Below, one piece after another: positions 35,155 to 45,564 of a DNA stretch of 64,000 bases (position 1 is its first letter; the number at the start of each line of letters is the position of its first letter). The DNA is taken from IMG/VR virus record IMGVR_UViG_3300006103_000010; one strand, 5' to 3'. The stretch is from an uncultured virus (IMG/VR IMGVR_UViG_3300006103_000010) (lineage: Duplodnaviria > Heunggongvirae > Uroviricota > Caudoviricetes). The position numbers and the translations under genes were made by a program. Below the pieces are notes generated by a model that worked only from the letters and a program-made list of their open reading frames with translations, searched no databases and was not told the origin of the DNA.

Positions 35155-38100
35155 ATGGCTTTGATCATTCCCGAATCACAGAACAATCCAACCTGGCCAG
35201 CTCAGGCTGTACTGGATAATACCGACCTTAGCTCTTTGTACCTGCTCGGCCAGGCAACCGGTGTTATCAGTGGCTTCCAGCTGTCAGGGAACCTGACCAA
35301 CCCCAGTGGCACTGTGATCAGTGGCAATCTAACGCCTGGAACATATTCCATCAGTGGAACAAATACCAGTGTCTCAGCAGCAAGCTTTACAACCGTTGCT
35401 GCTAGCACGGGAGACCGTCGTGACATTGTAGTTGTCAGTGGCACAACAGTATCAGTCGTTCAGGGCACTGCTATAACACTGGCTGGATGGAACAATGGTA
35501 GCATCACTGATCCTCCGGTCAAGCCAGCTGTACCGGCTGGCACCATGCTTATTGGTGAGATCTATGTGCCTGGGACAGCTGCGTTCACTGCAGTTAGCAA
35601 TACCTGGTATATCGACAAGACAGCAATCTTTGTGCCTATTCCTGGACCGCAAGGAACCCAAGGAAACCAAGGTTATCAAGGTAGCCAGGGATATCAAGGT
35701 CTTAAAGGTAACCAAGGCTTCCAAGGTTTTCAGGGATATCAGGGCTTTCAGGGATATCAGGGCTCTACTGGCTTACAGGGATACCAAGGCTCACAGGGAT
35801 ACCAAGGGTTTATTGGTTATCAGGGCAACCAAGGTTATCAGGGCTACCAGGGTTATCAGGGCTCTCAGGGTTACCAGGGAGTACTCGGCGCTCAGGGATA
35901 CCAGGGCTACCAGGGTGTTGTATCTGGAACAACTCCACCAGCAGATACAGGTATCCTCTGGCTGGACAGTACCGCTAGCGGCTATGGAACACAGGGGCCA
36001 CAAGGTTATCAAGGCAGTCAAGGCTATCAGGGTAGTCAGGGATACCAATCAGGAGTACAAGGTTATCAGGGTCCCCAGGGTTTTCAAGGCAGTCAAGGTT
36101 ATCAGGGTTACCAAGGGTTCCAAGGCACCCAAGGCACCCAAGGCACCCAAGGCACCCAAGGCGTCCAAGGCTATCAAGGCAGTCAAGGCTATCAGGGTTT
36201 CCAAGGTTTCCAAGGAACTGTACAGATTGCAAATACTACTGTTACATCTGGAACTACTAACTACATAGCATCTTCTTCCGATAATGGCAAGATGATATTG
36301 ATTTCTAGTGGGACCCCAAACTTAATATTACCATCAGGAGGATTGACAGCTCCTTGGTTCGCCACATATGTTAATATTGGTGGTGGCCAAATGGTAGTTG
36401 GAAGATCTGGTACAGATTCAACTACTCAAATTAATAGATCATCTAGTTCATATTACCCAACCTCTGCTGTCCCATTTTTTGTATGGTCAGATGGTACACA
36501 ATACTTTGTTAACCCCGCTCTAAATAGTACAGCATACAGTTTTGCAATAGCTGGACCAAGCATAACACTTACGGGAACCAGTGGAACACTCCCCACCAAT
36601 AGTAAAGTGGTTTACAGCGGCAATGCAAACGCAAACTTTACTGTTCCCTATAGTACAAATCAAAATACCGGACAACCACAATACCTTACAAACGCTTCTA
36701 ACTATAGTATTACCATTGCTCCAGCATCAGGAACTCTGTATGTTGGTACAAATGCAATTAGCGGTTCATCATCGTACACACTAGGCCCTGGCACTTCAAT
36801 GATGTATAGTGCCTATAACAATAACCTTTACGCAATTGATATTGGAGGTACTTCTCAAGTAGCTGGCCCCGTACTTACAGTAACTGGTACGGCATATACT
36901 GCACAGACTTCTGACAATGGTAGAACTATACAATTTACCAATACTGGTACATCTAGTTATACCCTACCGTCTGGTGGTATGACACCACCATGGTTTGTAA
37001 CTGCAGTAGCAGTAAGTGGTAATGGACAGTTCTATACTGCTCCAGCAAGTGGTGCAACCCTTAATGGGTTATCTAATTCCAGTCAATTTGGCCTATACGC
37101 TACTGTTGGTAAGCCACTATTCATCTGGTCAGATGGCTCCAATTACTATGCCAATCTTGGTATGAATCAAAATGCCTATGCTAAAGCCTCTAATGAATCA
37201 ACAACTCAGACTTTTACTGGGTCTACTGGGCAAATGAACTTCGGTTCTAGAGTGGTCTATAGTGGTACCGGTAATAGTACAATTACACTACCACAATATG
37301 GTGGTAACTTTCCACTAGCAAATACATTTATTAACGTTTCAGCTACTGGTGTAGTTACTATAGGAGTTAATGCTAGTCAAACACTCTATGTGGGTACATC
37401 TTCTTATACTAGTGCTACTACACCTGCTTTTACAGTGCCACCTGGTGGGTCGTACAACTTTCAAAGTCAAGCAAGCAACACTATCTATGCTTATGCTGCT
37501 AGCCCCCAAACAATAATTGGTGACCTAACTGTTAATTCAAACGGAGCAGCAACTGTTGTTAGTTCAAGTGGTAACTTTACAGTTGGTAGTGGACTAACCG
37601 TTAGCGGTACTAGTACTCATATTGGAGCAGCAACATTTAGTGGTACAGTGAGCGTCAGTGGTAATACAGTACTAACTAGTGGTTACACTGCCGGTGGAGA
37701 TCTAACGGGAACTTACCCTAACCCCACTCTCGCCACAGCTGGTACTGCAGGTACTTATGGTAGTGCATCCCTAGTTCCAATTATCACTACAGATACAAAG
37801 GGTCGTGTAACTTCTGTTAGCACTACCGCACCACTAGATGCCACCAAGTTGCCAACATCTGGTGGCACCATAAATGGTAACCTAGTAGTTGCTAGTGGTT
37901 TTACTGTTAGTGGAACTAGTACCCAGATTGGTGCTGCAACTTTTAGTGGTTCTGTTGGTATAAGTGGTGCACTAACTGTAGCCAGTGAGGTAGACGCAGG
38001 ACTACTTACGGCCAGTGGTCTAACAGTACAAAACAATGCTACGATCAGTGGCACACTAGCAATGAACAATACTAAAATTACTGGGCTGGCTAATGGTACA

Positions 38101-38517
38101 GCTAGTACAGATGCTGCAGCATTTGGTCAGTTGCCAGTTACAAACAGCGTATTTTCATCATCAGTAGTTACTGGGCCATTCACCGTATCAGGGTCATCAA
38201 CAACAAATTTGGTGACAAGTGGCACTATCAGTGGATATAACAACTATCTTGCCACTTGGTATTTTTATATCAGTACTGCCCCAACAGTTAGTACTACAGT
38301 CAACCATACTATTACTAACAACTCTGGTACATTCTGGCCACCAAGTCCATTTTTGAACGTAATTGTACCCTCTGGTCAGACATATGCGGTTAATGGTACT
38401 GCAATCATTTCTCCTGGCAGCACTGGTCAATTGACTGTCTACCTAGATATTGTAAAGACCGTTAGCCAAAACTTTAGCATTAGTAACATATGGCTCAATA
38501 TAGTAGGTCTCAACTAA
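35155..38517 (+). CDS. collagen-like (Gly-X-Gln) fibre protein
   Basis: Two GXQ tracts, a duplicated ~210-aa globular module, and fibre motifs AGGDLTGTYPNPTL and ITGLANGTASTDAA. Confidence 0.85.
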   Translation: MALIIPESQNNPTWPAQAVLDNTDLSSLYLLGQATGVISGFQLSGNLTNPSGTVISGNLTPGTYSISGTNTSVSAASFTTVAASTGDRRDIVVVSGTTVSVVQGTAITLAGWNNGSITDPPVKPAVPAGTMLIGEIYVPGTAAFTAVSNTWYIDKTAIFVPIPGPQGTQGNQGYQGSQGYQGLKGNQGFQGFQGYQGFQGYQGSTGLQGYQGSQGYQGFIGYQGNQGYQGYQGYQGSQGYQGVLGAQGYQGYQGVVSGTTPPADTGILWLDSTASGYGTQGPQGYQGSQGYQGSQGYQSGVQGYQGPQGFQGSQGYQGYQGFQGTQGTQGTQGTQGVQGYQGSQGYQGFQGFQGTVQIANTTVTSGTTNYIASSSDNGKMILISSGTPNLILPSGGLTAPWFATYVNIGGGQMVVGRSGTDSTTQINRSSSSYYPTSAVPFFVWSDGTQYFVNPALNSTAYSFAIAGPSITLTGTSGTLPTNSKVVYSGNANANFTVPYSTNQNTGQPQYLTNASNYSITIAPASGTLYVGTNAISGSSSYTLGPGTSMMYSAYNNNLYAIDIGGTSQVAGPVLTVTGTAYTAQTSDNGRTIQFTNTGTSSYTLPSGGMTPPWFVTAVAVSGNGQFYTAPASGATLNGLSNSSQFGLYATVGKPLFIWSDGSNYYANLGMNQNAYAKASNESTTQTFTGSTGQMNFGSRVVYSGTGNSTITLPQYGGNFPLANTFINVSATGVVTIGVNASQTLYVGTSSYTSATTPAFTVPPGGSYNFQSQASNTIYAYAASPQTIIGDLTVNSNGAATVVSSSGNFTVGSGLTVSGTSTHIGAATFSGTVSVSGNTVLTSGYTAGGDLTGTYPNPTLATAGTAGTYGSASLVPIITTDTKGRVTSVSTTAPLDATKLPTSGGTINGNLVVASGFTVSGTSTQIGAATFSGSVGISGALTVASEVDAGLLTASGLTVQNNATISGTLAMNNTKITGLANGTASTDAAAFGQLPVTNSVFSSSVVTGPFTVSGSSTTNLVTSGTISGYNNYLATWYFYISTAPTVSTTVNHTITNNSGTFWPPSPFLNVIVPSGQTYAVNGTAIISPGSTGQLTVYLDIVKTVSQNFSISNIWLNIVGLN

Positions 38518-38518
38518 T

Positions 38519-39796
38519 ATGACGCAACTTAAATACTTTCAACCAACAGGAAATAGCCCATTTACCGTGCTGTCAGTTAGCGGCACAAGAGTTTACATAT
38601 CTACTGTCAATACAAGTACTATAACCTCTGGGATGTCAGTTGCTAACCCTGGGCTTGGCATCAATACAACAGTTGCATCTATAGTTGATGCCAGCAGCTT
38701 TACTGTAGCTAATGCTACAAGCATAACCAACGGTGTCGCTCTTAACATTGGCACCTGGGTAAGTGCTGTGGTCGGAGCACAGGGTTACCAGGGAACAGCT
38801 GGTAGTCCTGGTGGTGCTCAGGGTAACCAGGGTAACCAGGGTGGGCTATCAGTTCTTGGCACAGCTACCATCCCAGCAGGATCACAGGCATATGTAAACA
38901 ACTCTGGTACGGCAGGGAATGCACTACTCTACTTTGGTATTCCGTCTGGTTATCAAGGCAGTCAAGGCTATCAGGGTAGTCAGGGATACCAATCAGGAGT
39001 ACAAGGTTATCAGGGCTACCAGGGCTATCAAGGCAGTCAAGGTTATCAAGGCAGTCAAGGCTATCAGGGTTTCCAAGGCTTCCAAGGAACCCAAGGCTTC
39101 CAGGGAAACCAAGGCTTCCAAGGTTCACAAGGATACCAATCTGGTGTACAAGGTTATCAAGGATACCAGGGCTATCAGGGCTATCAGGGCTCACAAGGCA
39201 GTCAAGGCACTCAGGGAACACAGGGTGTTGTCTACTCTTCAACTTCATCTGGAGTGCCCACCTCATCGATTTGGATTAACACCAGTGCTACCACGCAAAG
39301 CTTTATAGGCCCACAGGGGTCGCAGGGCAGTCAAGGCTACCGAGGCTACCAAGGCTACCAAGGCTACCAAGGCTACCAAGGTTTCCAAGGTTTCCAAGGC
39401 ACACAAGGTGGTAATCTTGTATACGGATCATTTGTGCAGTCAGGTTTTACTGCAAATTACCAACCAGGTGCATTTGGAGTGCAGACGCTAGTTACAAATC
39501 CTGCTGCTGGGTTGTATCAAATATCTTATTCAATTGATTGCACCACTTCAGCCACAACAAGTACTTTGCCAGCTGTCAAAGTTCAATGGTATGACCAGCT
39601 AAACGTATTCCGAAATGTTACTGGCAGTACATTTGCCAACCCAACTAACCTTCAAATCAATAGTGGCGTATTTATTATAGATGCCGGTAGTAATATTAAT
39701 GGAATTGCTTTTTCTACAGTTAGTTATGCTAGCAGCCCATCGAGTACTATGACCTATGGAATACGTATAATAGCTCAATATCTAGGGCCATATTAA
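38519..39796 (+). CDS. collagen-like (Gly-X-Gln) fibre protein
   Basis: Three GXQ tracts. Confidence 0.85.
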   Translation: MTQLKYFQPTGNSPFTVLSVSGTRVYISTVNTSTITSGMSVANPGLGINTTVASIVDASSFTVANATSITNGVALNIGTWVSAVVGAQGYQGTAGSPGGAQGNQGNQGGLSVLGTATIPAGSQAYVNNSGTAGNALLYFGIPSGYQGSQGYQGSQGYQSGVQGYQGYQGYQGSQGYQGSQGYQGFQGFQGTQGFQGNQGFQGSQGYQSGVQGYQGYQGYQGYQGSQGSQGTQGTQGVVYSSTSSGVPTSSIWINTSATTQSFIGPQGSQGSQGYRGYQGYQGYQGYQGFQGFQGTQGGNLVYGSFVQSGFTANYQPGAFGVQTLVTNPAAGLYQISYSIDCTTSATTSTLPAVKVQWYDQLNVFRNVTGSTFANPTNLQINSGVFIIDAGSNINGIAFSTVSYASSPSSTMTYGIRIIAQYLGPY

Positions 39797-39804
39797 GGAA
39801 TACC

Positions 39805-42096
39805 ATGCCAATAGCAAATGTTTGGGACGCTACAGCGAGTGGTGGTGCAGGTGCATGGGTGCCTGCAATCATAGGCGTTCAGGGATATCAGGGTGCTCAA
39901 GGGCCACAGGGTTACCAGGGCTCACAAGGTTATCAGGGTATTAGTGGAACAGCTGGTACTATATCACCACTCACTACCAAGGGTGATGTATACACATTCT
40001 CTACAACTCAAGCACGACTGCCTGTAGGGAACGAGGGTGAATCAATAGTCGCATTGCCAGCATCAGGCACAGGAGTTGGTTACTTCCCAGCGCAAGTCAA
40101 TATACAGAAGCTCACACTCGGCGGTCATTCGTACACCGATAACTTCTCCGGTTACGATGACATTAATACAACTGTGATCTCAGGAGTAACAGGCCATTAC
40201 TACAACACCAGCCAATCGATGTACAACCACCTGGTAAGTGCATTGGACTTTAACTCTGGGAACGTTAACTACCTTGGAGTAGCTGGAACTGTACTGCAAT
40301 ATGATCTTACGTTTAATGCTGTCAGTAATGGACTCGGTGGTTGGGTTAGCGTTCTAAGAAGGCTTTCTCCTAGCAGAGGAAGAGCACCATATACTAATGA
40401 CAATGGTTTGTGTGTCGGTGTCTGGGGTATTAATGATATTGGTATAGGCGGAGGATCTATCTCTAGCATTACAACTGATGGTACATACTGGACTGTTACA
40501 CTTACTAAACCTCTATCGTTGTCTGTTGGTCAAAGAGTTATACTTAGTTCTCCATACTCTCTAAATGGAAACTATGATGGAACTTATAGCGTATATTCTA
40601 TCGTATCTTCTTCTAGCTTTACCATACTAAATAGTAGCCAGCCAGGTTCCATAATAAATACTAATAGCGTTGGATCTTCATGGGCTGGCACTTCTTTTCT
40701 ACCACCATTTATTGATGCACTACGAACTACTATATCTCGCTTTAGGGCATCAACTGTGTCAAAGAATATTACTGCGGTTCCTAGAACAATTACCAGTAAC
40801 CAAATAAACACTGGCACAGATTACCAGGCATTCCAAAATGGAGATGTATTCTATATAACACTACCTTCTGATTATGATGGTGGTGCAGTGGCTCTTAACT
40901 TTATTGGTGGCGGTTCTGGAACAACTGGTGGAACTATTTCTATTGTAGATAGTTATGGTGACTCATTTACAATAAACGGAGCAGCTACTAATCAATTTAC
41001 AACTAGCGGCTATGGGTTATACTACCCTGGTAATACTCCAAGGGTAGGGCAAGTAGCACGCATTAGTGGCCTAACCGCTGGAGTCACTCATGTTCTTACC
41101 TGTACAGTTACAAGCGCAAACACAACTGTTGATTTTGATTCTTGGCAGATAGAAAGCTCTTTTCCTAACCCGGTAATAATAGCTAATATTGCTAATATTA
41201 ATTATAGCGACTATTCTAGCATACAAACATGGAATAATGCTATAAGCGTGCTTGTTAATGAGTTCCCTGGTCCAATTTCAGTCGCGAACATACAAGACTT
41301 ACTAAATGGCAATATGATTAGCCATGATGGTATCCATCCAAGTGAGCTAGGTGGTATCTACATAGCTGAAGAAGTTCGTAAGTCATATACTCGTATGAAT
41401 ATTCCTCTGAGAGGGTTTATCTCTTCATCTTCTAACAATATAAAAACTGGTCTTTCTACATACCCAATAGCTAACTTTAGAACTACTAGAGATCATGGTA
41501 GTTCTACTATAAAATCTCTTGCACTAGGGCAAACAGGGCTAACACCGCTTGGTAGTTGGTCAATTGTTTCAAATGTGAGCACGTTTACTCCACAGTATTT
41601 AGCACCATTAAGTCTAACAACTTACTTTATACCGGTAAGGGTAGTAGAACCATGCACAGTATCAAAGTTTACATGCGTTAGTAATGCTGGTTCTACTGGC
41701 ACAACAGGTTTTGGATTATATTATGACTGGTTAGGATTGCCCGGCAACTTGATGTATGATGCTGGTACTACCAGTAGCAATACTACTAGTAATAAAGTAA
41801 TAACACTTCCGACTGGTGGCCTCGTGATAACCACTCCAGGTATTTACTGGATCGCTATGTATATACAGGGCACAGCAACAACTTTAACTAACATGAGAGT
41901 GGCAGCACTAACCGGTATTGATCCAATCATACCTAACTTTGACTCTGCTGGCACACCGATTGGTTCGTGCATATATACTAGCGCACCTAGTACTGGTTCA
42001 TCTCTGCCGGGAGTCGCACTTGGTGCTTTCAGCACAAGCTTTACAGTATCTGATTGGTCGCCCCAAGTTTATATGACTCTAACTGGTAATTACTAA
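39805..42096 (+). CDS. fibre/spike protein with short collagen tract and SGNH-hydrolase domain
   Basis: GGHSY (block I variant), GINDI (block III), DGIHP (block V). Confidence 0.75.
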   Translation: MPIANVWDATASGGAGAWVPAIIGVQGYQGAQGPQGYQGSQGYQGISGTAGTISPLTTKGDVYTFSTTQARLPVGNEGESIVALPASGTGVGYFPAQVNIQKLTLGGHSYTDNFSGYDDINTTVISGVTGHYYNTSQSMYNHLVSALDFNSGNVNYLGVAGTVLQYDLTFNAVSNGLGGWVSVLRRLSPSRGRAPYTNDNGLCVGVWGINDIGIGGGSISSITTDGTYWTVTLTKPLSLSVGQRVILSSPYSLNGNYDGTYSVYSIVSSSSFTILNSSQPGSIINTNSVGSSWAGTSFLPPFIDALRTTISRFRASTVSKNITAVPRTITSNQINTGTDYQAFQNGDVFYITLPSDYDGGAVALNFIGGGSGTTGGTISIVDSYGDSFTINGAATNQFTTSGYGLYYPGNTPRVGQVARISGLTAGVTHVLTCTVTSANTTVDFDSWQIESSFPNPVIIANIANINYSDYSSIQTWNNAISVLVNEFPGPISVANIQDLLNGNMISHDGIHPSELGGIYIAEEVRKSYTRMNIPLRGFISSSSNNIKTGLSTYPIANFRTTRDHGSSTIKSLALGQTGLTPLGSWSIVSNVSTFTPQYLAPLSLTTYFIPVRVVEPCTVSKFTCVSNAGSTGTTGFGLYYDWLGLPGNLMYDAGTTSSNTTSNKVITLPTGGLVITTPGIYWIAMYIQGTATTLTNMRVAALTGIDPIIPNFDSAGTPIGSCIYTSAPSTGSSLPGVALGAFSTSFTVSDWSPQVYMTLTGNY

Positions 42097-42117
42097 TGGT
42101 CATGCTGGTAGAAAATT

Positions 42118-42642
42118 ATGAGTGCTAGCAGAAGAACTAATGACTATTTGACTGGTGGTAGGCCTATAACACCACAGGTAGGACTAACCAGGCTAGGATC
42201 ATTCAAGCTTGGCGGTCAGCGATTCACCATACCAGTGCCTGACTCTGCCAGCTTTATAAAAATACAGCATCTGCATACTTTTACCAGCGATGAACTAGTC
42301 CTGCTAGACAGTGTTAGAACTAGAACAAGCCTTCATATAAAGCTGAATGAGCTTTTCAAGCTGTCTGATCTGGCTAACAAGACTGTCATCTTCTCATTCA
42401 AGATCAAGACTACCAATCCTACAAAGAATATAAGTAGCCTGGCAGTTCCTGTTGGTGGTTATACAGTCCAGAATAATGTTGACACGGTTGGTAATATAAC
42501 CAATGAGTTTGATCAACCAGCAGCTGATTACGTAATAGAACAAATAACTGATTCGCAAGAGCGGTCAGAACCAGAAATGACCGTGCCAGAGGATTATTCC
42601 GAGCCAGATCGTCCTGCTGGTGGGGATACTGTCCCAACTTGA
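42118..42642 (+). CDS. hypothetical protein
   Basis: 174-aa ORF in the structural module. Confidence 0.65.
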   Translation: MSASRRTNDYLTGGRPITPQVGLTRLGSFKLGGQRFTIPVPDSASFIKIQHLHTFTSDELVLLDSVRTRTSLHIKLNELFKLSDLANKTVIFSFKIKTTNPTKNISSLAVPVGGYTVQNNVDTVGNITNEFDQPAADYVIEQITDSQERSEPEMTVPEDYSEPDRPAGGDTVPT

Positions 42643-42643
42643 A

Positions 42644-42670
42644 TGTAAAACCCCGTTGCTTTTACACTAG
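42644..42670 (+). promoter_or_regulatory. candidate late promoter (TGTAAAA-N15-ACTAG)
   Basis: Intergenic motif copy upstream of the NlpC/P60 gene. Confidence 0.55.
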
Positions 42671-42697
42671 GTAATACAGAACAAACAGGAGAAAACA

Positions 42698-43204
42698 ATG
42701 ACTGACGCAAGATATGATATCATCCAGAACGCCAAGTGGTTCTTGGCCAACAAGGCTCACTTCAACTACACCGAGGGCGCTGGTCGAATGGCCTATGAGC
42801 ATCTGAGCAAGCCAGTCTGGCCTGTCAATACCGACTGCAGTGGCTTCTTCACACTATGCTACTACAGTGCAGGAGCCAATGACCCCAACGGCGCTAACTA
42901 TGCTGGCTGGGGATATACCGGCACACTATTGCAGCACGGTATTCATGTTCCAGCCGCACAGGCCATGCCGGGTGACGCAGTTGTATATGGTCCTGGAACC
43001 GGTGAGCACGTGGCTCTGGTTGTATCCAACACCAACGGTGACATCCTTACCATCAGCCACGGTCAACAGGGTGACCCCAGCTACACCTGGGTAAACCACC
43101 CTGTCCATGCCCCTCAGCAGGGCTATGCAATCGATGGCCGTCAGCCACAGACCTTCCTGCGTTTCAACACCACAAAAGTACGTCCAGCCTGGAAGCTAGC
43201 CTAG
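42698..43204 (+). CDS. NlpC/P60 peptidoglycan endopeptidase (candidate endolysin)
   Basis: DCSGF, PGDAVVY, HVALV; AGGAG RBS. Confidence 0.85.
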   Translation: MTDARYDIIQNAKWFLANKAHFNYTEGAGRMAYEHLSKPVWPVNTDCSGFFTLCYYSAGANDPNGANYAGWGYTGTLLQHGIHVPAAQAMPGDAVVYGPGTGEHVALVVSNTNGDILTISHGQQGDPSYTWVNHPVHAPQQGYAIDGRQPQTFLRFNTTKVRPAWKLA

Positions 43205-43212
43205 GATAAAGC

Positions 43213-44673
43213 ATGGCATCTCGTTATCGCGGTAATTTTCTATACGGCACGCTTAGTGGCTTTAACACCTCTCAGATCACCTTTACTGGTACAGGCTTTC
43301 CAAATAGCCTGGCCACTGGCAGCTATCTGCCAATTGTTATTAACCCTGGGTACAATGGAGCCACTGCTAGTGGTGAGATCGTTTATGTAACCAACATTGC
43401 TGGTACAACTATTACTGTTAGTGGGCGAGGTGCTGAAGGAACAACTGCTATCAGTGGTGGAACAGGAACGCAATGGGTTGCTGGCCCACTAGCCAGTGAC
43501 TTTGGCATTAGTAACCAGATCAATAATGGTGATTTTGCTAGGCCTTCATCAGCTGGTCAAATATTACTTAGTGCTAGCACCAGTGGAGTACAATGGGGCA
43601 CCAGCTTAACTGGTGTTGGTATCACCAGTAGCACTATAAGCAACAGCACTATAAGCAATAGCAATTCAACTGGTGGTAGTATCAGTAGTGCTTCTATTAG
43701 TAGTAGTACCATTTCAAGTCCTACTATTACTAATGGTACCATTTCAAGCCCTACTATTACTAATGGTACCATTTCAAGCCCTACTATTACTAATGGTAGT
43801 ATTTCAGGTACTTATATTCAGTCTGGTACTATTTCAGGCACTAGCATTTTAAGCCCTACTATTACTAATGGTTCTATTTCTAATGCTTCTATTTCTAATG
43901 GTTCTATTTCTAATGCTTCTATTTCTAATGGTTCTATTTCTTATGCAACTCTTTCTTATGTTGGTTTGAATAATAGCACTATATCAGGTACGACAATTAA
44001 TGGAAATAACACTATCACTAGTGGCAATAATATTACCATTGCTAACGGAGCGTCAATCAATAACAATGGATTGATTTACGGTGGTGACATACATGCAGCT
44101 AACATAATTAATTCTAATCAAACTAACAACGTTATTGATACCTCTACAATAACTAATTCTACTATATCAGGAAGTAGTATTGGGCCTGGTAACTCTCTAG
44201 CGTATAGTGATATAACAGCTGGTTCAGATGGGCAAGTACTTACAACTAGTGGTACAAGTGTAGTATGGGCTAGTCCCCAAGTTAATGGCTGGTCAAATAA
44301 TGCTACAGGAAGTGCCTCTGGAGTAAACTTTACTACTACTGTTCCAACTCCAGGTTATAGTCCAACTGTTTGTGCATCTACTACAGTTAGTGGTTTTACT
44401 AAGTATCTCATTTCTATAAGTGCTTATATGGGTAATAATAGTGGAGCTGCAGCCATCAATCCTTGGCTTGGTTATGGAACTTCTGGGTCTGCCTTTATTG
44501 ATCGTAAAGAAGTATTTACTATACAACTCGGTAGTTACTTATCGCCAACTGTTAACTTTATAGCATCCTTTGCTAATACAAATAGTAACACTTTGCTTGT
44601 ATTAGCTGCAAATAATTCTGGTACAAATTTGCAAATATATGGAAGTACTATTTCTGTTATTGGATTAAGTTAA
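43213..44673 (+). CDS. beta-helical fibre protein with pentapeptide (ISNGS/ITNGT) repeats
   Basis: Near-perfect 30-bp (43708-43797) and 15-bp (about 43872-43941) tandem repeats; GSDGQVLTT fibre motif. Confidence 0.8.
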   Translation: MASRYRGNFLYGTLSGFNTSQITFTGTGFPNSLATGSYLPIVINPGYNGATASGEIVYVTNIAGTTITVSGRGAEGTTAISGGTGTQWVAGPLASDFGISNQINNGDFARPSSAGQILLSASTSGVQWGTSLTGVGITSSTISNSTISNSNSTGGSISSASISSSTISSPTITNGTISSPTITNGTISSPTITNGSISGTYIQSGTISGTSILSPTITNGSISNASISNGSISNASISNGSISYATLSYVGLNNSTISGTTINGNNTITSGNNITIANGASINNNGLIYGGDIHAANIINSNQTNNVIDTSTITNSTISGSSIGPGNSLAYSDITAGSDGQVLTTSGTSVVWASPQVNGWSNNATGSASGVNFTTTVPTPGYSPTVCASTTVSGFTKYLISISAYMGNNSGAAAINPWLGYGTSGSAFIDRKEVFTIQLGSYLSPTVNFIASFANTNSNTLLVLAANNSGTNLQIYGSTISVIGLS

Positions 44674-45563
44674 TGAGAGTACGTCCGTTCCCTCAGTATG
44701 CGGTAGAACCCGTTGGAATAATGACCTATTCCAATGGTGTTCTAACCAATCCTGATCTTATCACGGTGAGCGGTAATACTTTTCCTGATGTAAGTCTGAG
44801 CATAACCAGCACTGACGGTAGTCTGATAATAGTTCCCAGTGACACATACGCTACTCAAGAATCTACTGGGACCTTCCAGTATATGTTGGACAGCTCACAG
44901 ACAGCTATCCAGGGCAACTATAACGTCAACTGGCAATACACAGTTAATGGTAGTCCCAGGCAGTACACTGATCAGCTTGTTATTACAGATCAGATGCCCT
45001 ACTGGAGCAACCTGAGCTACGAAGAGCGTCAGCTGGCAGCAGGAATAGTACACCGACTGGACAAGAGCTTTGACAGTACCAGTGGTGGTCCTTACCTGCA
45101 GGAGATGCAGCAGAGTGGTTTCTTGATGTACGAAGAAGTTGCCATGGTGATGAGCACAGAAGCTATTGACTATATCAATTTTGAGTTCCAACCGGTGTTC
45201 CATCCAGCCTATGAGATAGGTGCTAATGCTGCAGTGATCTTCCCCAGTAACTGGTACGGAGTTTTAGCCAGTCAGACCTATGCTCACTTTCTGAAACACA
45301 TCGCTCGTAACTACATCGAGCAGCCAACACCCAATGGTATGAATGCTGCCTGGATGGATCGTCGTGACTACTACCAACGCTGGTGGCAGCTGTACCTGTT
45401 CGACAAGGAAATCGCTGACAAGCAGCTGCGTCAGATGAAGCGCAGCTTCATGGTAGGAAGCAAGCGAAGCCTGCTGGTTGCTGGTGGTCTTATCCCACGA
45501 ATGTTTATCAATCCAGCAAGGCCGCATTTTCAGTACGCTTCAGCCAACCTTGGAGGAGTTTAA
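44673..45563 (+). CDS. head-tail adaptor / neck protein
   Basis: N-terminal Ig-like part plus helical C-terminus; position before neck and sheath genes. Confidence 0.6.
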   Translation: MRVRPFPQYAVEPVGIMTYSNGVLTNPDLITVSGNTFPDVSLSITSTDGSLIIVPSDTYATQESTGTFQYMLDSSQTAIQGNYNVNWQYTVNGSPRQYTDQLVITDQMPYWSNLSYEERQLAAGIVHRLDKSFDSTSGGPYLQEMQQSGFLMYEEVAMVMSTEAIDYINFEFQPVFHPAYEIGANAAVIFPSNWYGVLASQTYAHFLKHIARNYIEQPTPNGMNAAWMDRRDYYQRWWQLYLFDKEIADKQLRQMKRSFMVGSKRSLLVAGGLIPRMFINPARPHFQYASANLGGV

Positions 45564-45564
45564 T

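Noticed and set aside
35495..36268. 257-aa alternative-frame ORF inside the collagen gene
   Set aside because: By-product of GXQ codon periodicity.
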